Source: a virus. Taken from it: a DNA stretch of 46,428 bases. The notes beneath the pieces were generated by a model, which saw nothing but the letters and a program-made list of their open reading frames with translations, was not told the origin of the DNA and ran no database searches. The translations under genes were made by a program, and so were the position numbers. How positions within the stretch are numbered: the first letter of the stretch is position 1; each line of letters begins with the position of its first letter. This document shows positions 1 to 5,831 of this stretch, piece after piece. The stretch is taken from the IMG/VR virus record IMGVR_UViG_3300027742_000004, positions 1 through 46,428 of that record; one strand, 5' to 3'.

Positions 1-99
1 CCGCGCTGGTGCAACGCGTTCGCGTTCGGGATCGCACCGATCAGCGCGTGCGCCAAGCGCCGAGCCAGCCCTCGGTTATCTGAGTGTTTCATGGTTCAG
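1..99. repeat. Terminal overlap, identical to 46330-46428; the contig closes into a 46,329-bp circle
   Basis: Read directly: the same 99 nt (ccgcgctggtgcaacgcg...gtttcatggttcag) occur at both ends. The overlap lies inside coding sequence. Confidence 0.95.
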
Positions 100-395
100 T
101 CCTTTTCTATTGCGAGGAACGCGGGGCGCGTCCCGATTTCTTTACGGTCTTTGCCCGGGGCGATCGACAACCGCCCGAAAGCATCCTTGTACATCGGCGC
201 GTCCATCACGAGCGTGTCCAGCCGACACTTCGATCCGACAGACGTGCTGCCGTCGGCGTTCAAACGGACGAAGCCGCCCTTGGCCTTGACGTACAGCTCG
301 CCGTTGTTTCGCGTCGCGACCGGTACCTCGCGGTACACGCCACCCTCGACGATCACTGCGACCTCACCCTCGCGCAGCTGGAACATCCCGCTCAT
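96..395 (-). CDS. Hypothetical early protein (99 aa from MSGMFQLREG)
   Basis: Minus-strand ORF. The ATG at 395 overlaps the upstream stop (ATGA at 392-395). The stop at 96-98 lies 3 nt before the start of the next gene across the circular junction. Confidence 0.6.
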   Translation of the reverse strand: MSGMFQLREGEVAVIVEGGVYREVPVATRNNGELYVKAKGGFVRLNADGSTSVGSKCRLDTLVMDAPMYKDAFGRLSIAPGKDRKEIGTRPAFLAIEKD

Positions 396-919
396 ACGGT
401 CGCCAGCGCCGCGACCGCGGCGATCCACGTTGCAACGAGGAACACCGCGAGCAGCGCGCGGTGGAGCCGCGTGGTGTCGAGCTTGCGCCCCAGATCGTAG
501 ACTTCTGCGCGCATCTGCGTGAGCGCCGCGTACGTGCAGTCGAGTTCCTCGCCGTACTCTTTCCTGACCTGTTGAACACGGTTGTCTATTTCCGCTCGCC
601 GGATCGCGACCATACGCGCCGCCTCGGTCGCATCGCGCAACAGGGCGGCGGTCTTATCCAGCTTGTGCAGCGCGTCGGTGTTGGCCGTACTGGCACGCTC
701 GGCGTCCTGCGCCATGTTGCGTACGGTGGCGTTCGCCTTTGGCGTCGGGCGCTCGAGCAGCTTGTGAAGGTTGACCCGCGCCGCGCGCATGTCGTTGATT
801 ACTTCTGCGATCGCGTCGCGCGTATCGCGCAGCTTGTGGTACGCGCGCACGTACATGTGCTGCTTGTCTTCCTCGTTCTCTTTGGCGTTCACGTTCGCCC
901 CGTATTCTTCAGTCGTCAT
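392..919 (-). CDS. Hypothetical coiled-coil protein with a C-terminal transmembrane anchor
   Basis: ORF 392..931. I prefer the ATG at 919 (MTTEEYG), which has GGAGA 6 nt upstream. The body is long and helical, rich in charged residues. The C-terminus ALLAVFLVATWIAAVAALATV is hydrophobic. Confidence 0.6.
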   Translation of the reverse strand: MTTEEYGANVNAKENEEDKQHMYVRAYHKLRDTRDAIAEVINDMRAARVNLHKLLERPTPKANATVRNMAQDAERASTANTDALHKLDKTAALLRDATEAARMVAIRRAEIDNRVQQVRKEYGEELDCTYAALTQMRAEVYDLGRKLDTTRLHRALLAVFLVATWIAAVAALATV

Positions 920-990
920 GGCTATCTCCATCAGGTTGTCGTGCTCTGGCGCACGCGATCCCGGCCCGCGCGGAGCCGGTCACGGCTGCG
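920..990 (-). promoter_or_regulatory. Early-operon intercistronic element, copy A (GC hairpin, GATC, small hairpin, ACAACCTGATGGAGA leader)
   Basis: Imperfect GC hairpin at 961-979, GATC at 957-960, 5-bp/6-nt-loop hairpin at 940-955, and a 17-nt block at 925-941 identical to 4741-4757. Confidence 0.6.
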
Positions 991-1392
991 TCAGAGTGCG
1001 ACGTACGCGCCGCTGCGCAGCAGTGTGAAACCGTCGGTCGTCGTGAGGTTTACGTGAGTAGTTTTCATAATTGTCATAGGCGGGTCGACGCGCCCGTCAC
1101 GGTATAGCATATCAACGGCGCCGCCGGAGCGTACGCACATGAACGCGTCCTGCCCCGCCGTGTGCACTTGAAATATGTCGTCGTTCGCGGCTACATCGCG
1201 CATCGACATGACGTAGCACGGGGACATGCCGCCCAGCCACCCGCCCCAGCCGTGCTCGACCGGGTCTTTCAGCTTGCCCGTGGCGCGCAGTGTGTCCATG
1301 GCGCGGGTGAAACGGGCGTGTCCGTGCAGCGTGTTATCGTCGATCTCGAAAACGACGACGTCGTTGGTCAGGTCGGTCAGATCGTAGGTCAT
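991..1392 (-). CDS. Hypothetical early protein (133 aa)
   Basis: Clean ORF with ATG at 1392. The leader CAACCCGAAAGGACC lies upstream. No motif recognised. Confidence 0.6.
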   Translation of the reverse strand: MTYDLTDLTNDVVVFEIDDNTLHGHARFTRAMDTLRATGKLKDPVEHGWGGWLGGMSPCYVMSMRDVAANDDIFQVHTAGQDAFMCVRSGGAVDMLYRDGRVDPPMTIMKTTHVNLTTTDGFTLLRSGAYVAL

Positions 1393-1422
1393 TGTTTTGG
1401 TCCTTTCGGGTTGCGCTATAGT

Positions 1423-1446
1423 AGGTACCTAGCATCTCGGGTACCT
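1423..1446. promoter_or_regulatory. Tandem AGGTACCT boxes, copy 1 (AGGTACCT at 1423-1430, GGGTACCT at 1439-1446)
   Basis: Intergenic, upstream of the 991..1392 gene. Same architecture as the copies at 2345, 5312, 40792 and 41095. Confidence 0.6.
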
Positions 1447-1468
1447 GTAGTCAAGTGTCGCGTTTCGT

Positions 1469-1672
1469 TTAGCCGAACAGTTCATCCAGCAGGTCGCCGA
1501 TCTCGGCGATCTCGGCCAGCTCGAGGCTTATCTCGACAGTCAACATTCGGTAGTCGCAGCAAGGGCAGGTGCGCCGACGCTGCACCGTCTCGAAGCCGAA
1601 ACGGTGCAGCGTACGCGTGTCTTTAACTTGCAGCTTCGACCCGTCTTTCGGGCAGGTGACGACGCTTTTCAT
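1469..1672 (-). CDS. Small zinc-ribbon protein resembling the N-terminus of NrdR
   Basis: MKSVVTCPKDGSKLQVKDTR...RRRTCPCCDYRMLTVE resembles the NrdR zinc ribbon (CxxC...RRRxCxxCxxRFTTxE), but the first knuckle is degenerate. The ATG at 1672 has AGGA upstream. The listed GTG at 1693 is an alternative start. Confidence 0.4.
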   Translation of the reverse strand: MKSVVTCPKDGSKLQVKDTRTLHRFGFETVQRRRTCPCCDYRMLTVEISLELAEIAEIGDLLDELFG

Positions 1673-1689
1673 CTCAATTTTCCTTTCGT

Positions 1690-2310
1690 TCACGCCTCGA
1701 CCATGACTTGCTCGCAGTCACCGCAGCGTACGTAGATACCCTCTTTGCCCCACACGTTATTGCCGCACTCGGGGCAGGTGTGTTTGACCTTGGAACGGTC
1801 GGCCTTCCGCAGCACGCCGACACGCTTCGAGAACAGCGACATGTCGAACCCGGCGCGCGCGATCGCCTCGTCGCAGGCGGCGTCAAACCGTCCGCCTTCG
1901 TCAATGGTGTGCGTGAAGTTCCGCCCAGATCGCTTGCCCGCGCAGTTGCCGACCCCGACCGGGGTCAGGCCGATGCGTTCCATCCATTCGCACCATTCTT
2001 TGTTGTGCCCGGTCTTGGAAGGCTTGCCGAAGCAGTGCTGCTCGTGGTGGACCATCTCGTGCGCGAGGGTGGACAGCACCTCTTTCGGCGTGCGGCCCAT
2101 GCTCTCGGGGTTCAGCGCGATCTCGCTCATCTGCGCGTTTTCCTCGCCCTGTACCTGCCACATGTCTTGCCAGAAGTAGCCGTGCGCGTTGCGCTTGCGG
2201 TGCAGCACGATGATCGCCGGCGGCAGGCGCCCGTCGAACAGCTCGGCGTTGAAGTGGTCGAACGCGGCGTACAGGGTGTCATAGACGGCCTTGGTTTTGT
2301 TGTCGGTCAT
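1690..2310 (-). CDS. SprT-like zinc metalloprotease domain protein with a C-terminal zinc ribbon
   Basis: HEMVHH (HExxH) in a SprT-like context (YFW..., LAHEMVHHEQH). C-terminal CPECG...CGDC. Confidence 0.75.
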   Translation of the reverse strand: MTDNKTKAVYDTLYAAFDHFNAELFDGRLPPAIIVLHRKRNAHGYFWQDMWQVQGEENAQMSEIALNPESMGRTPKEVLSTLAHEMVHHEQHCFGKPSKTGHNKEWCEWMERIGLTPVGVGNCAGKRSGRNFTHTIDEGGRFDAACDEAIARAGFDMSLFSKRVGVLRKADRSKVKHTCPECGNNVWGKEGIYVRCGDCEQVMVEA

Positions 2311-2344
2311 GTCGAGGTTCCTTCGGTTAAAAACATATCGTACG

Positions 2345-2372
2345 ACGTACCTAACACGCTTCAGGTACCTAG
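2345..2372. promoter_or_regulatory. Tandem AGGTACCT boxes, copy 2 (ACGTACCT at 2345-2352, AGGTACCT at 2363-2370)
   Basis: Intergenic, upstream of the SprT-like gene. The box starts are 18 nt apart. Confidence 0.6.
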
Positions 2373-2381
2373 GTCAAGCCC

Positions 2382-2579
2382 TCATCGCCGCGGCCTGCGG
2401 AACTCACCCGCGCGCACCGCCGCGTTGAACCGCTCTACCACCTCGGGGTCGTCAAACACCCATTGCCGCACGCCGCGCTCGGCGACGTATGAGCTGTGCT
2501 CGCCGTACTCGGCCACCGGCACGAGATCGGGGCAGACGTCGGTGCCTGTGGCGGTCATGCCGCGCTTGTCATTGGTCAT
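2382..2579 (-). CDS. Hypothetical protein (65 aa)
   Basis: ORF in the operon frame. No motif recognised. Confidence 0.45.
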   Translation of the reverse strand: MTNDKRGMTATGTDVCPDLVPVAEYGEHSSYVAERGVRQWVFDDPEVVERFNAAVRAGEFRRPRR

Positions 2580-2582
2580 GTG

Positions 2583-2930
2583 TCAGTCCTCCATTAAAGC
2601 TAGGTTGCGCGATAGCGCCTTGGCAATCCTGTCGCGCGCGGGCTTGTCAATGTACCCGATCTGCGTCGCGCCCGCTAGGATGCGCAGAGGCTGTATCATC
2701 ACCCACGCGCCGCAGTGGCCGAACTTCGGGTGCCCTGTGGCGATCGCCCCCGTGTAATCGCCCTGTGACGTGATCGCGACGACGCACACCTGCTGATCCC
2801 AGCTTCCGTGTCCGTCCTCGACCCACAACACCATCCACGGTCGGGGCTTCATGCAGCCCCAGCCGTGTCGGAACACCGTACCCGGCGCCAGTGGCGCCGG
2901 GGGTGTGTCTCCGCGCTCGCGGCTGGTCAT
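2583..2930 (-). CDS. PemK/MazF-like (CcdB/MazF fold) protein
   Basis: PGTVFRH...KPRPWMVLWVED...VCVVAITSQ...AWVMIQPLRILAGATQIGYIDKPARDRIAKAL follows the MazF layout by eye (GD..., RPxVVL, xVxPxTSQ, late Q/R strand, C-terminal helix). Confidence 0.45.
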   Translation of the reverse strand: MTSRERGDTPPAPLAPGTVFRHGWGCMKPRPWMVLWVEDGHGSWDQQVCVVAITSQGDYTGAIATGHPKFGHCGAWVMIQPLRILAGATQIGYIDKPARDRIAKALSRNLALMED

Positions 2931-3211
2931 AGGACCAAGAGGCGCTCGATCTCGTGTTCCAGCGCGCGCATGTACGTCTCGGCGTGCGACATGCGCACTT
3001 CCAGCTTTTGCACGTCGCCATGTGCGACCGAGCCTTCTTCCGGTTGTTCCATGTCGACGTCGTTTACACCGAGCAGGCGATCCGTGTTCGCCCGCAGCTG
3101 CGCCACCTTGTCCGATAGCTTGGCGATATGGTCGTACATGCGGTCGTGTAGCTCGTCGAGCCGCCCGCTGTGCTGTGCGCCAAGGGTGGTCATTGCTTGT
3201 GCCTTGTCCAT
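2927..3211 (-). CDS. Hypothetical coiled-coil protein (94 aa)
   Basis: ATG at 3211 with GGAGAC upstream. Its stop overlaps the start of the PemK-like gene (ATGA at 2927-2930). Confidence 0.55.
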   Translation of the reverse strand: MDKAQAMTTLGAQHSGRLDELHDRMYDHIAKLSDKVAQLRANTDRLLGVNDVDMEQPEEGSVAHGDVQKLEVRMSHAETYMRALEHEIERLLVL

Positions 3212-3281
3212 AGTCTCAGTCTCCGTTGTCGAGCAGGATCGCTCAGTGACGCCGCCCGCCCGGGGCGGCGCTGCTGAGGGG
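3212..3281 (-). promoter_or_regulatory. Early-operon intercistronic element, copy C
   Basis: 8-bp GC hairpin at 3250-3270 (CGCCGCCC/GGGCGGCG), a small hairpin at 3231-3244 with GATC in its loop, then CTCGACAACGGAGAC before the ATG at 3211. Confidence 0.5.
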
Positions 3282-3563
3282 TCAGTAATCTTTGCCGTCG
3301 CCCGGTACGTCAGACGCGCGCACGCTCATCGCGGCTAGGCTCTTGGGCGGTACACGCGCTTGGTCAGCGTCAATCGCTTCGAGGATTTCCTTGATCTTGA
3401 TGCGGTGGGCGACGATGAACGAGATGGAGCGGTGGTCCAGCTGAGGGCCGCTCGCCGTGGTCTGCCTTTGTCTAGCAAACTCCATCAAGTCAGCGGCGCC
3501 CGCGCTGGCGCGGGTCGTGTGCAGAGTGCCGTCTTCGGCCCGGTATGCGGTGGTCTTTTCCAT
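3282..3563 (-). CDS. Hypothetical protein (93 aa)
   Basis: ORF with ATG at 3563. The leader CCAACCTGAAAGGAC lies upstream. Confidence 0.55.
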   Translation of the reverse strand: MEKTTAYRAEDGTLHTTRASAGAADLMEFARQRQTTASGPQLDHRSISFIVAHRIKIKEILEAIDADQARVPPKSLAAMSVRASDVPGDGKDY

Positions 3564-3599
3564 TGTAGTGTCCTTTCAGGTTGGTGGTCAGTTGTGCGC

Positions 3600-3947
3600 T
3601 TACAGCAGATACTCGGCGATCCACTCTTTCAGCTCGTCGGTGGTGCGAGCTTCGCGGAAACGCCGCTCTCTGGTCGCCTCGTGCTTGCGCTGAAGGTCCA
3701 GCTCGTGCGCGGCTTCCATACAGAAGTGGCACACCGTGTCACCGCGGGCGTGCGCTGCTGCGCCGACTTTGCCGGTGCAGCTCGTCGAGATACCGCTCGC
3801 GCAGTCCGGTTGTAGCGCGCGGGCCTTCAGCGCGGTGTCGCGCTTGTCAGCGTACACGTGTCCGTGGGCCTCGCAGTAACGCTTGTGCCCCCAGCGGCGG
3901 TGATACACCGCCTGCTCGCGGCACCCGTCCTTCTTGCACTGTGGCAT
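3600..3947 (-). CDS. Cys/His-rich putative zinc-binding protein
   Basis: MPQCKKDGC...YCEAHGH...CHFC. I prefer the ATG at 3947, which has GGAG 6 nt upstream. The listed start at 3959 is TTG. Confidence 0.5.
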   Translation of the reverse strand: MPQCKKDGCREQAVYHRRWGHKRYCEAHGHVYADKRDTALKARALQPDCASGISTSCTGKVGAAAHARGDTVCHFCMEAAHELDLQRKHEATRERRFREARTTDELKEWIAEYLL

Positions 3948-4500
3948 GGTCGTCTCCAATCATCTCGCGAAGTTGTGCCTCTTGGTTTGCCCGTGCGGTG
4001 TCCCATGCGGTGTCCCCTGCGGCGCCCCGTGCGGCGCCCCATGCGGCGCCCCGTGCGGCGGCCCGTGCGGCGGCCCGTGCGGCGTCCCATGCGGCGCCCC
4101 ATGCGGCGCCCCGTGCGGCGTCCCGTGCGGCGGCCCGTGCGGCGTCCCATGCGGCGTCCCGTGCGGCGTCCAGATCTTCATCTGTGGCGGTGTCATCACG
4201 TGCCGTTTCGATTGCCTTGCGTGGCCTGTTGTCGTCGGGGTATTTCGCCTCAAACAAGCGCAGCACCTGTTCAGCACACCACGCGGAAAAGTGTCGGTTC
4301 AGGCGGTCGTCCGGCATACCGTGGGACAGCACCCACAAGGCGTCATCCAAGTCGTTACTGTCCAGCACCGTCAGCAGATCAAGCGGCTCGTCGTCTGCTT
4401 TGGTTTTGCCGAGGTGCGCCAGCAGCTTTTTCCAGCCTTCTTCGCAGGGCGAGGCTGTGCGAATGCGGTTCAACGTGGTTGTCGTGTTGTATGCGGTCAT
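3847..4500 (-). CDS. Repeat protein: alpha-helical N-domain followed by 15 tetrapeptide x-A-A-[R/W] repeats
   Basis: DAARDAAWDAARAAARDAARGAAWGAAWDAARAAARAAARGAAWGAARGAAGDTAWDTAR is encoded by the 12-nt tandem repeat. The 3' end overlaps the next gene by about 100 nt, so the true C-terminus is uncertain. Confidence 0.55.
   Translation of the reverse strand: MTAYNTTTTLNRIRTASPCEEGWKKLLAHLGKTKADDEPLDLLTVLDSNDLDDALWVLSHGMPDDRLNRHFSAWCAEQVLRLFEAKYPDDNRPRKAIETARDDTATDEDLDAARDAAWDAARAAARDAARGAAWGAAWDAARAAARAAARGAAWGAARGAAGDTAWDTARANQEAQLREMIGDDHATVQEGRVPRAGGVSPPLGAQALLRGPRTRVR
3990..4169. repeat. Tandem repeat, 15 copies of a 12-nt unit (cccRtgcggYgN)
   Basis: Counted unit by unit from the sequence. 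All six frames are open across it, which produces the spurious PHG-repeat and RRTG-repeat ORFs. Confidence 0.95.
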
Positions 4501-4501
4501 G

Positions 4502-4735
4502 TCACTGAACCTTCCCAGTCTCGATCGCGTTCGCGATCTTGCGCATGTTCTCGACGATCAAGGTTTTTTCGGGGTCGTCTATGTCGTAAGGCAGCGAGCC
4601 GAGCTCGATCGCATCGTCGACAACATCGCCGCGCAGCGCCTCGGACAGCACATAAATCAGCTGCTCTTCGTTGTCGCGCAGCATATCAGCCATCTGGTCG
4701 CGCCCGATCTGGGTCACAGTGGTATAGTCGGTCAT
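4502..4735 (-). CDS. Small, strongly acidic hypothetical protein (77 aa)
   Basis: MTDYTTVTQIGRDQMADMLRDNEEQL...DIDDPEKTLIVEN. The ATG at 4735 is preceded by GGAGAC. Confidence 0.55.
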   Translation of the reverse strand: MTDYTTVTQIGRDQMADMLRDNEEQLIYVLSEALRGDVVDDAIELGSLPYDIDDPEKTLIVENMRKIANAIETGKVQ

Positions 4736-4806
4736 GTTCGTCTCCATCAGGTTGTCGAGCCTGAGTGCTCGGGATCGGGGCGGCGCGCCGCCCCTCACCG
4801 GAAAAC
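4736..4806 (-). promoter_or_regulatory. Early-operon intercistronic element, copy B
   Basis: 18-nt perfect palindrome GGGGCGGCGCGCCGCCCC at 4777-4794, GGATC at 4772-4776, 5-bp/6-nt-loop hairpin at 4756-4771, and a 17-nt block at 4741-4757 identical to 925-941. Confidence 0.6.
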
Positions 4807-5280
4807 TCAGAACGACGGGTTGCGCTTGTCGTGGTGCCCTTGAACCATGGCGAAGGTGCCGCCGCTTAGCCAGCGCGCAGATAGGCTCTTGGGGACACTT
4901 CTACTGGGCGCGTGACGGTGGAACACCGTGCCGTCGTCTGTCTTGATACGGTGCATGGACGGCGAGATGCTGGCGATTTTGCCGCACGGGCAATAGTCAC
5001 CGTTGAAACCCATGCTGACCGCGTCGCCGACCTTCGGCGCTCGAATGACGTCATACCGCGGCATGACGCGAGGGCCGGCGTCGACGGGGAGGTAAAGCTC
5101 ACCCATGAACCGACTAGCCGCGGCAGCGTAGTCCGTCGCGCTACCTATGCTGGGCATCATATCACCGCGGTGGACGATACGACCACCAGCGCGGTTTATG
5201 ACTTCTCGTTCTTCGCGGCTCGGGGTTTCTTCGGTTACTTGGACGACGTTGTGTTCGTCGTTGAGGATAATGTAGAGCAT
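4807..5280 (-). CDS. Hypothetical protein (157 aa), first gene of the early operon
   Basis: ATG at 5280 (MLYIILNDEH). The leader CAACCGAAAGAGAGACC and AGGTACCT box copy 3 lie just upstream. The N-terminal extension of the listed ORF runs into the non-coding repeat region. Confidence 0.6.
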   Translation of the reverse strand: MLYIILNDEHNVVQVTEETPSREEREVINRAGGRIVHRGDMMPSIGSATDYAAAASRFMGELYLPVDAGPRVMPRYDVIRAPKVGDAVSMGFNGDYCPCGKIASISPSMHRIKTDDGTVFHRHAPSRSVPKSLSARWLSGGTFAMVQGHHDKRNPSF

Positions 5281-5311
5281 CTGTCTGGTCTCTCTTTCGG
5301 TTGCGTATGAC

Positions 5312-5337
5312 AGGTACCTAGCACCTGTCAGGTACTC
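5312..5337. promoter_or_regulatory. Tandem AGGTACCT boxes, copy 3 (AGGTACCT at 5312-5319, AGGTACTC at 5330-5337)
   Basis: Lies immediately upstream of the first early gene. The box starts are 18 nt apart. Confidence 0.6.
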
Positions 5338-5443
5338 GTACAAGTGCTTATTTAGCAACACTCTCGATGCGCTGAAAAATGTGTCACGAGTGCTGATACA
5401 CTTTTCGGGGCGCTCAATATTGACGTTCCTGTTGCGTTCCGTT

Positions 5444-5805
5444 TTGGGACATGTCCCAAGGGGTCGGTTTTTGGTACGTGTCCCAAGCTCGTGTCCCAAG
5501 AATTTGTGTTTGGCGCCAGCTGGTTAGCGCCTCTTGGGACTTTGGGACACGAACTTTTAATAGTTTTTCGGGGAACTTAAATAGGTTAATGTTCCCCTTT
5601 TGTTCTTTTATACAAATTCTGTAATAAATTTGGGACTTTTTCGTGTCCCAAAGTCCCAAAACGCCGCAAGCCGTTGAGATCACAGCGGAAATCTTGGGAC
5701 ACGCAATCCACGGTTGAATGTCCCAAGATCGCCGCCAAAACGCGCAAGCCGTTGTAAACGCAGGCGTAATCGCTTGGGACACGGGACATTTGCCCCGTGT
5801 CCCAA
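5444..5805. repeat. Iteron-like array: 13 perfect TTGGGAC heptamers (consensus yTTGGGACACG) in both orientations around an AT-rich core
   Basis: Plus-orientation copies start at 5444, 5534, 5542, 5630, 5694 and 5774. Minus-orientation copies start at 5453, 5480, 5493, 5645, 5653, 5720 and 5799. A degenerate copy is at 5782. I found only one other copy in the rest of the window (about 18492). Confidence 0.9.
5551..5632. other. AT-rich core of the non-coding hub, with stem-loop GGGGAAC-N14-GTTCCCC (5570-5597) followed by a T-rich tract
   Basis: This is the most AT-rich stretch I noticed in an otherwise GC-rich window, and TTGGGAC repeats flank it. Confidence 0.7.
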
Positions 5806-5831
5806 ACTTTTTACAACCAGAAGGGTAGTAT

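Noticed and set aside
1-99. The terminal repeat as a physical T7-like direct terminal repeat
   Set aside because: It is exactly 99 nt and lies within coding sequence (it contains a start codon and a stop codon of two genes). This is typical of an assembler overlap on a circular or permuted genome rather than a non-coding DTR.
3827-4764. Alternative-frame ORFs across the 12-nt repeat (RRTG-repeat, PHG-repeat and PCG-repeat proteins on both strands)
   Set aside because: These are by-products of a repeat that is open in all six frames. Only the frame giving the x-A-A-[R/W] array is continuous with a plausible N-terminal domain, an RBS-linked start and the operon strand.
1708-4843. Long plus-strand ORFs (349 aa at 1708..2757 and 420 aa at 3581..4843) across the early region
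   Set aside because: They are Arg/Ala/Pro-rich antisense translations. The minus strand carries a compact, translationally coupled gene series with RBS-like GGAG/AGGA sequences and recognisable SprT and PemK-like motifs.
5444-5805. Possible CRISPR array
   Set aside because: The repeats are only 7-10 nt, occur in both orientations and have irregular spacing. This is not CRISPR repeat-spacer architecture, and there are no cas genes.
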